Positions 58,412-64,000 of a stretch of DNA of 64,000 nucleotides are shown piece by piece; the first letter of the stretch is position 1, and each line of letters begins with the position of its first letter. The notes below the pieces were generated by a model. It ran no database searches. It was given only the letters and a program-made list of their open reading frames with translations, and was not told where the DNA came from. The stretch comes from Minisyncoccota bacterium. Lineage in GTDB: Bacteria; Patescibacteriota; Minisyncoccia; Phycocordibacterales; JABMNX01. A program made the position numbers and the translations under genes. The DNA lies in assembly GCA_965222715.1 (NCBI GenBank), contig OZ244961.1:140609-204608 (forward strand), given 5' to 3'.

Positions 58412-58461
58412 TTTGACTCGGTAGTACCTATCATGTATAGTGGTCAAGCAATTTTCTATAT

Positions 58462-58620
58462 ATGTCACAAGATAGATTAATAAAACTCGCGTGCCAGGAA
58501 TGTAAGCGTATTAACTACTGGTCAAGCAAAAATAAGAAGCTTGTTGAGCGAAAGATTGAGCTCAAGAAGTACTGTAAATGGTGCAAGAAGCAGACAGCAC
58601 ATAAGGAGATGAAGAAATAA
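58462..58620 (+). CDS. rpmG: 50S ribosomal protein L33
   Basis: 52 aa, CxxC...CxxC zinc ribbon (CQECKRINYW...YCKWCKK); classic rpmG-tRNA-Trp linkage. Confidence 0.8.
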   Translation: MSQDRLIKLACQECKRINYWSSKNKKLVERKIELKKYCKWCKKQTAHKEMKK

Positions 58621-58701
58621 GATACTCCTACCAAACCTGTAAAAACTGCGTAGCACCTACGCAGTTTTTACGTTATAGTGTTGGGACTTCTATAGAGTAT
58701 T

Positions 58702-58772
58702 GGGCCTATAGTTCAGTGGTAGAATAACGGTCTCCAAAACCGTCGACCGAGGTTCGAGTCCTCGTGGGCCCG
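58702..58772 (+). tRNA. tRNA-Trp (anticodon CCA)
   Basis: cloverleaf by eye, G73; anticodon loop CTCCAAA. Confidence 0.85.
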
Positions 58773-58835
58773 CAATGATACAAAACAATAGCGTTTAGCT
58801 ATTATGTTGTAACTATCATTTCGAGGATTCAAGTG

Positions 58836-58952
58836 GACTCGAAAGACGGAGCCGAAGGCGAGTCCGGGCAGGAGCCACTTCCTCAAAATATTTTATGTTA
58901 ACAAAAGTATTTTGAGGTTAGTGAGCTGACGCCGAGTCCTCGTGGGCCCGCA
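58836..58952 (+). repeat. tRNA 3'-flank structured element, copy C (21-nt repeat of the tRNA-Trp 3' end)
   Basis: GGACTCGAAAGACGGAGCCGAAGGCGAGTCCGGGCAGGAGCCACTT-hairpin(CCTCAAAATA...TATTTTGAGG)-TTAGTGAGCTGACGCCGAGTCCTCGTGGGCCCGCAA. Confidence 0.7.
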
Positions 58953-59039
58953 AAACATTTTTCATACACCTTAGAATCCACCCCTCTTACTATTTCGTCA
59001 TATGAAGAAATAGTAAGATAGTGTGTTACGTAGAATCTG

Positions 59040-59966
59040 TTAATGGTTCTTTAGAAATTTTGACACAAAGCTCTCCATTTTTTTTATTTCACTTGGGTGT
59101 AACCACTGGATATCACCATCTCGCTTGAACCACGTTCGCTGTCGTTTAGCATACTGCCATATCTTATTTCGCAACTCCTTAATCATATCTTCTTTGGACA
59201 TTTCTCCAGTAAGGTGTCGCGCCATATAACGATACTCAAGTCCAAGAGACTCCATTCGCTCCAACGATACTCCTTCTTGATTGAGTCGTTTTGCTTCATT
59301 AAGCATTCCTTCTTCAAGCCGTGCGGTAAGGCGGTTGTATATTTTTTCTTTTAATACTTCATCAGGCAGATCTAAACCAATTTTACATGCGAAGTAAGGG
59401 GTTTTGTGTACTTCTTGCGGGACACTACCGAGCGTCTCAGCTATTTCAATTGCGCGAATGATGCGCGGTCGATTGTGTATGTCTATAGTTTTTCTTCGTT
59501 CAGGGTCAAGTGCTTCAAGTCTCTCAAGTAATACATCTGTTTTTTGTGAATCAAGTACTTCTCGCAATTCTTTGTTTGGTGGTACTTCAGGAAAAGAGAC
59601 CTCTCCAAGAAGTGCCGAGAGATAAAACCCAGTGCCACCAGCAAGTATAGGGAGTTTTCCTCTCAAATCTATATCTTTGATTGCCTCATCTGCATCTTTT
59701 TTAAATTGAGAAGCAGTATAGGTTTCTGTTGGGTCAGCAACATTAAGAAGGTGGTGTGGTACTCGTTGCATCTCTTCCTGGGTAATTTTACCTGAGCCAA
59801 TGTCTAATCCACGGTATACCTGCCGAGAGTCCACTGAAATTACCTCACCATTAAATTTCTTAGCAAGAATTACAGCCACATCGCTCTTACCTGTCGCTGT
59901 TGGACCAACAACTATAAGCACCTTAAGAGGCTTTTGAGGTATATTTTCAGCCATATTTTTTGACAT
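59040..59966 (-). CDS. miaA: tRNA dimethylallyltransferase
   Basis: 308 aa, P-loop GPTATGKS, conserved DSRQVYRGLDIGSGK. Confidence 0.85.
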   Translation of the reverse strand: MSKNMAENIPQKPLKVLIVVGPTATGKSDVAVILAKKFNGEVISVDSRQVYRGLDIGSGKITQEEMQRVPHHLLNVADPTETYTASQFKKDADEAIKDIDLRGKLPILAGGTGFYLSALLGEVSFPEVPPNKELREVLDSQKTDVLLERLEALDPERRKTIDIHNRPRIIRAIEIAETLGSVPQEVHKTPYFACKIGLDLPDEVLKEKIYNRLTARLEEGMLNEAKRLNQEGVSLERMESLGLEYRYMARHLTGEMSKEDMIKELRNKIWQYAKRQRTWFKRDGDIQWLHPSEIKKMESFVSKFLKNH

Positions 59967-60026
59967 ACAGGTAAGTTTATTGATATACTATACCCACAAT
60001 TACTTAGTATAACCAGAATAAACATT

Positions 60027-60563
60027 ATGTCAGAAGTAACAACAGCTGAAGGGAAACAAGTACCAAGCGTAACTTTCAAAATGCGTGTACAGAACGAATC
60101 TGGAGAGTACGACTGGAAAGATGTTTCAAGCGATGAAATCTTTAAGAGTAAAAAAGTAGTCCTCTTTGCACTTCCTGGAGCATTTACTCCAACTTGTTCA
60201 TCAACTCACTTGCCAGGATATGAAGCAGCATATGATGAGCTCAAAGGTCTTGGAGTGGACGAGGTGTATTGTCTCTCAGTAAATGATGCATTTGTGATGA
60301 ATGCATGGGGGAAGGATCAGGGAGTGAAAAATGTAAAACTCATTCCTGATGGAAGTGGAGAATTTACTCGTGGTATTGGTATGATGGTCAAGAAAGACAA
60401 TCTTGGTTTTGGAGATCGAAGTTGGCGTTATAGCTTCTACGCAGAAGACGGCGAAATTAAGAAGATGTTCGTTGAGCCAGGTTTCGAAGATAACTGTCCT
60501 ACTGATCCATTTGAGGTCTCAGATGCAGAGACTATGAAAAATTACCTTAAAGAACAAGCATAA
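60027..60563 (+). CDS. peroxiredoxin (Prx5-like, AhpC/TSA superfamily)
   Basis: 178 aa, peroxidatic Cys motif PGAFTPTCS. Confidence 0.8.
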   Translation: MSEVTTAEGKQVPSVTFKMRVQNESGEYDWKDVSSDEIFKSKKVVLFALPGAFTPTCSSTHLPGYEAAYDELKGLGVDEVYCLSVNDAFVMNAWGKDQGVKNVKLIPDGSGEFTRGIGMMVKKDNLGFGDRSWRYSFYAEDGEIKKMFVEPGFEDNCPTDPFEVSDAETMKNYLKEQA

Positions 60564-60592
60564 CAATAGTTTGCTAGAAAAAAAATAAAAAT

Positions 60593-60618
60593 AAACGCCA
60601 AGAGTACTCTTGGCGTTT
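60593..60618 (+). terminator. conserved palindromic terminator repeat copy (AAACGCCAAGAGTACTCTTGGCGTTT)
   Basis: after peroxiredoxin stop, followed by ATTTTTG. Confidence 0.6.
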
Positions 60619-60627
60619 ATTTTTGAG

Positions 60628-60672
60628 TATAAAAAGAAAACGGCGACTCTCTATTGCTAGAAGGTCGCCGTT
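60628..60672 (-). terminator. intrinsic terminator for pyrFE (AACGGCGAC ... GTCGCCGTT + T-run on the minus strand)
   Basis: 9-bp GC stem, 16-nt loop, T-run. Confidence 0.5.
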
Positions 60673-60693
60673 TGTGTGTCAGAAGTATGTATT

Positions 60694-61980
60694 TCAACAC
60701 TTCAAACCAAGTTCCTCGACAACGATACGCCGCACTTCTTGCGCAGGATCATCGGCGTTGATGATTTGTCTGCCAGAGACGATTGCGTTTGCGCCAGCTT
60801 CCATTGCTTCAGTTGGGGCCATCACACGTTTTTGGTCGTTCGTTTCAGCTTCGGGGGAACGAACTCCTGGGGTAACTCCAAAGAGATCAGGATATTTCCC
60901 CTTAACTTTCCCAATCTCTTTGGGCGAACAGACGATACTGCCGACATTGACTGCGTCGACAAGCTCTACGAGACGAAGAACTTGCGTCATCGACTTGCGG
61001 CCAAAAATTTCACCACAGTCATCGTCGCTGAGGGATGTGAGCACCGTTACGGCAAGAGTTTTGATACCGTGCGGGTGGAGCATATCCACTGCCTTTTGCA
61101 TCATCGCTCGACCGCCCGATGCATGGATCGTTAGCGCCCATGGATAGAATTTGGGATCCATGTCGATGATATGTTGGCAGTAGTTCCCGATCGTGTTGGG
61201 TATGTCATGCAGCTTCGGGTCGAGCATGACAGGACCGTACACGGCCAAGTCTTCAGCGATGGCAAAGCCCTCTTTGAGGAGCAGGTCGTTGACCTTGAGG
61301 CCACAACCTGTTCCTTGGAGTGAGGAAGCCAGCTGGAGCGCTGTTTGACGATTCATTCCATCAAGCGCCACAATGACTTTTGGATCTTCGTGGCCAATTG
61401 GAACGAAGATCTCTTTCCGAACGTCGTGCAGCGTTGCACCAGCCCAGACGTCCATATCTACGCCGTGTTCTTGGAACATTTGTTGCCACCCCTGCTCGCG
61501 ATCAACAAGGACCACAAGTATTGGTGTTGCACCAGCGGCGCGGATTGCATGATAAGCATCCAGTTTGGATGCCCCGTCGGTAATCACGTCGTCGAGGATG
61601 GCGACGCGTTCTCCGGCAAAGATCTCACCGATCAACTTAGCATTCCCGACTCGGCCGCTCTTCTCAGTTTCTCGGATAGTGGCATACGGAATACCGGTCA
61701 TGTACGAAACAACACCGGCGATACCACTTACCGAAGAAGGAACCTCAACAAATCGATCGACGTCGAGTCGTCGAAGAGCGTTGGCGTAAATGCGTGCCAA
61801 CGGTCCAGTTGATTCCGGGGCCGAGCGATGGTCACGTATGTTGATGTAGGTGTCGGTCGTGCCACCTTTTTTGAGTGGCAGACCTCTTGAAGGGTCGTAT
61901 TTCAACAACCCAGGATGAGATCGGATGAGCTGAATTGCGGCCCGTTGTTCAGGTCGCGTGAGAAATGTCACATGCTCCAC
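60694..61980 (-). CDS. bifunctional orotate phosphoribosyltransferase / orotidine-5'-phosphate decarboxylase (PyrE-PyrF fusion), GC-rich
   Basis: 428 aa: N-terminal PRTase (VAILDDVITDGAS), C-terminal OMP decarboxylase (VIVALDG...LKVND); GC about 53% versus about 39% background. Confidence 0.75.
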   Translation of the reverse strand: MEHVTFLTRPEQRAAIQLIRSHPGLLKYDPSRGLPLKKGGTTDTYINIRDHRSAPESTGPLARIYANALRRLDVDRFVEVPSSVSGIAGVVSYMTGIPYATIRETEKSGRVGNAKLIGEIFAGERVAILDDVITDGASKLDAYHAIRAAGATPILVVLVDREQGWQQMFQEHGVDMDVWAGATLHDVRKEIFVPIGHEDPKVIVALDGMNRQTALQLASSLQGTGCGLKVNDLLLKEGFAIAEDLAVYGPVMLDPKLHDIPNTIGNYCQHIIDMDPKFYPWALTIHASGGRAMMQKAVDMLHPHGIKTLAVTVLTSLSDDDCGEIFGRKSMTQVLRLVELVDAVNVGSIVCSPKEIGKVKGKYPDLFGVTPGVRSPEAETNDQKRVMAPTEAMEAGANAIVSGRQIINADDPAQEVRRIVVEELGLKC

Positions 61981-62104
61981 TTTACGTCTCCTTTGTTGGT
62001 TTTGTGGAAGGACTCTATATCCACAGAAACCCTACTTGAATAGGGTATAAAAATCAAGCTATACAACTTGCAAGACACGGTTTTGATTTTCCTTCACAGA
62101 GTGC

Positions 62105-62154
62105 TGGAGGGGAGACTCGAACTCCGACAAACAGTACTTTAAGTACTGTTTGTC
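62105..62154 (-). pseudogene. orphan tRNA 3' fragment (T-arm plus acceptor 3' strand GGAGTTCGAGTCTCCCCTCCAGCA) preceded by a perfect 13-bp hairpin
   Basis: minus-strand GACAAACAGTACTttaAGTACTGTTTGTC then a T-arm-like sequence; no matching 5' half found. Confidence 0.4.
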
Positions 62155-62203
62155 TTCTAATTGAAACTGCAATTTTGAGACCATCAGTAGTCTTCTGCAC
62201 AAA

Positions 62204-62288
62204 TGGTGCCGCGGGAGAGAATCGAACTCTCACCTCTTGCGAGACACGATTTTGAGTCGTGCGCGTCTACCAATTCCGCCACCGCGGC
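62204..62288 (-). tRNA. tRNA-Leu (anticodon CAA), CCA encoded
   Basis: cloverleaf by eye, long variable arm; anticodon loop CTCAAAA; 3' ...GCGGCACCA. Confidence 0.85.
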
Positions 62289-62397
62289 ATCATTTGTGTA
62301 TAAAACCTCTTAATGATACACCGTATCATTAAGTACCGATTCCACCACTCCAGCAATACAGAAGAGTGTACAGAAATGTATGATGTAAGGCAATGTA

Positions 62398-63453
62398 ATG
62401 ATACAATACACGGTAATTATGGAAGCAGAACACTTTTACAACGATTCGATTTTTTGGGTTGAGCTTGAAAAGATTCACCCGAACCCATTTCAGCCACGAA
62501 AAGAGTTTAATGAAGCTAAGCTAAGTGAGCTTGCTGATTCAATTCGTCAGTACGGTGTACTTCAACCACTCGTTGTTACTCGTCGTGAAAAAGAAAAAGA
62601 AGATGGAGGTCTTGCTGTTGAGTATGAACTCATTGCTGGTGAGCGACGGCTACGCGCCTCACGGTTAGCTGGACTTTCACAGATTCCTGTTATTATCCGC
62701 ACCAGCGACGAGACAGACAAGATGAAGCTCGAACTTGCGATCATTGAGAACTTACAACGTGAAGACCTTAATCCAATCGATCGAGCAAAGGCATTCAAAC
62801 GTCTCGTTGATGAATTTGGGTTAAAGCATGGAGAAGTAGGGAAGAAAGTAGGAAAGAGCCGCGAATACGTTTCAAATACACTGCGACTCTTACTCATGCC
62901 AGAAGAAATACAACAAGCACTTTCTGACGGAAGCATCTCTGAAGGACATGCCCGACCAATATTGATGCTTACGGGGAAAGACGATGAGCAGAAAACACTC
63001 TTTAAGGAAATAATGTACAAGAAGCTTACCGTACGGGAAGCGGAAGAGATTGCACGTCGCATTGCAACAGATCGAGTTCGCAAGAAAGAAAATGCACTTA
63101 GCCCTGAATTAATCGCACTTGAAGAAGAGTTAACGCAGAAACTTGGTACACGAGTACAGATTGAAGAGCGTGAAGGTGGTGGGCGAGTGCACATTGATTA
63201 TTTTTCAGTTGATGATTTGCGCAATATTCTAGAGAAGATAGAGGGTGAGCAGAACAAAGGCTTTTTAGAACGTCTAACCTCTTTTACGCAAGGAACGCAG
63301 CAAACTACTCAAACAGAAGTACGTGAGAAAACAGATATTACTCATGATGGTGCTGAAGAACAAAAAACCCCAATTGATGATAGATCTGAAAAAGAGAAAG
63401 AAAAAGAAGAAAACGACGAAGATCTCTACTCAGTTAAAAACTTCTCTATTTAG
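62398..63453 (+). CDS. parB: chromosome partitioning protein ParB/Spo0J with acidic C-terminal extension
   Basis: 351 aa, ParB box GERRLRA, HTH region, C-terminal Glu/Lys-rich tail. Confidence 0.8.
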   Translation: MIQYTVIMEAEHFYNDSIFWVELEKIHPNPFQPRKEFNEAKLSELADSIRQYGVLQPLVVTRREKEKEDGGLAVEYELIAGERRLRASRLAGLSQIPVIIRTSDETDKMKLELAIIENLQREDLNPIDRAKAFKRLVDEFGLKHGEVGKKVGKSREYVSNTLRLLLMPEEIQQALSDGSISEGHARPILMLTGKDDEQKTLFKEIMYKKLTVREAEEIARRIATDRVRKKENALSPELIALEEELTQKLGTRVQIEEREGGGRVHIDYFSVDDLRNILEKIEGEQNKGFLERLTSFTQGTQQTTQTEVREKTDITHDGAEEQKTPIDDRSEKEKEKEENDEDLYSVKNFSI

Positions 63454-63476
63454 TACACCTTCATTTAAATACCACC

Positions 63477-63980
63477 TTACTTTTTTTGGAGGGCGTTTCT
63501 AATGTGGCGCTTTGCAAGTGTTGTCTTAGCATAATCCAACCATTTGCGAGTCGGTTTACTTTTCTCTTTGGTGTGTATTTCAACAATATCACCGTTTTGA
63601 AGTTTTGTGTCTATTGAGGCCATTTTGTTATTAATTTTCACGCCGGATATATGATCACCGATATCTGAGTGTATCGCGTAGGCAAAATCAATAGGGCTTG
63701 AATCGATTGGCAAATCAATCACATCACCATCTGGTGTAAAGGTAAAGACACGGTGACTAAAGAAATCATTCTTAATATCACTTAAATACTCTTCTCGTTC
63801 TTTTTTAGATAAATCATTTCGTTCATCGGCAACCTGTTTAATCCACTCAGGAACTGCCATATTAAATTCATTTTCTTTTTTGTTTTTAGCAGTTTCTTCA
63901 TTTCGTAAGTTAGGGAAAAACTGTCGCACCCATTCAATACCAGCCGCTTTTTCTCCACGTTGCTGTGCTTTGTATGCCAA
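63477..63980 (-). CDS. RelA/SpoT family protein, C-terminal part (TGS domain); gene probably continues past the window end
   Basis: TGS-like FTPDGDVIDLPIDSSPIDFAYAIHSDIGDHISGVKINNKMASIDTKLQNGDIVEI; HD and synthetase domains would lie beyond 64000. Confidence 0.5.
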   Translation of the reverse strand: MAYKAQQRGEKAAGIEWVRQFFPNLRNEETAKNKKENEFNMAVPEWIKQVADERNDLSKKEREEYLSDIKNDFFSHRVFTFTPDGDVIDLPIDSSPIDFAYAIHSDIGDHISGVKINNKMASIDTKLQNGDIVEIHTKEKSKPTRKWLDYAKTTLAKRHIRNALQKK

Positions 63981-64000
63981 ATGTGAGGCAATACCAAACT

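Noticed and set aside
60623-61147. 174-aa and 152-aa plus-strand ORFs antisense to pyrFE
   Set aside because: Antisense open frames typical of GC-rich coding DNA; no RBS or motif.

Overview
This low-GC (~38-40%) bacterial chromosome segment has a small-genome, host-associated (Candidate Phyla Radiation (CPR)/Patescibacteria-like) character: shortened valS, infB and hisS, many DUF-only proteins, and tRNAs that mostly lack an encoded CCA. That placement is inference from sequence style alone. The window holds about 60 protein genes, mostly housekeeping: groES-groEL, secG, htpX, class II-like RNR, murJ, lepA, ftsA-ftsZ, valS, tsaD, trxB, hisS, lepB, pth, rpsA, gyrA, infB-rbfA, clpB, miaA, parB, a pyrF-pyrE fusion, and a partial relA/spoT at the right edge. 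It also has 14 tRNA genes and an RNase P RNA. Unusual content: (1) a family of about 120-150-bp structured elements inserted 3' of four tRNA genes, each ending in an exact repeat of the local tRNA 3' end and starting with the inverse of that tRNA's T-arm; (2) truncated tRNA 5' duplicates upstream of tRNA-Ser, tRNA-Cys and tRNA-Tyr; (3) a tandem cluster of four (plus one distal) TrbC/VirB2-like small pilin-type membrane proteins; (4) three compositionally foreign GC-rich islands (a GGDEF cyclase with a promoter/terminator-bounded GC-rich 300-nt unit, a secreted repeat protein, and pyrFE), each driven by AT-rich host-like promoters; (5) a conserved 26-bp palindromic terminator repeat (AAACGCCAAGAGTACTCTTGGCGTTT) at six or seven sites. 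No CRISPR array and no rRNA were found.
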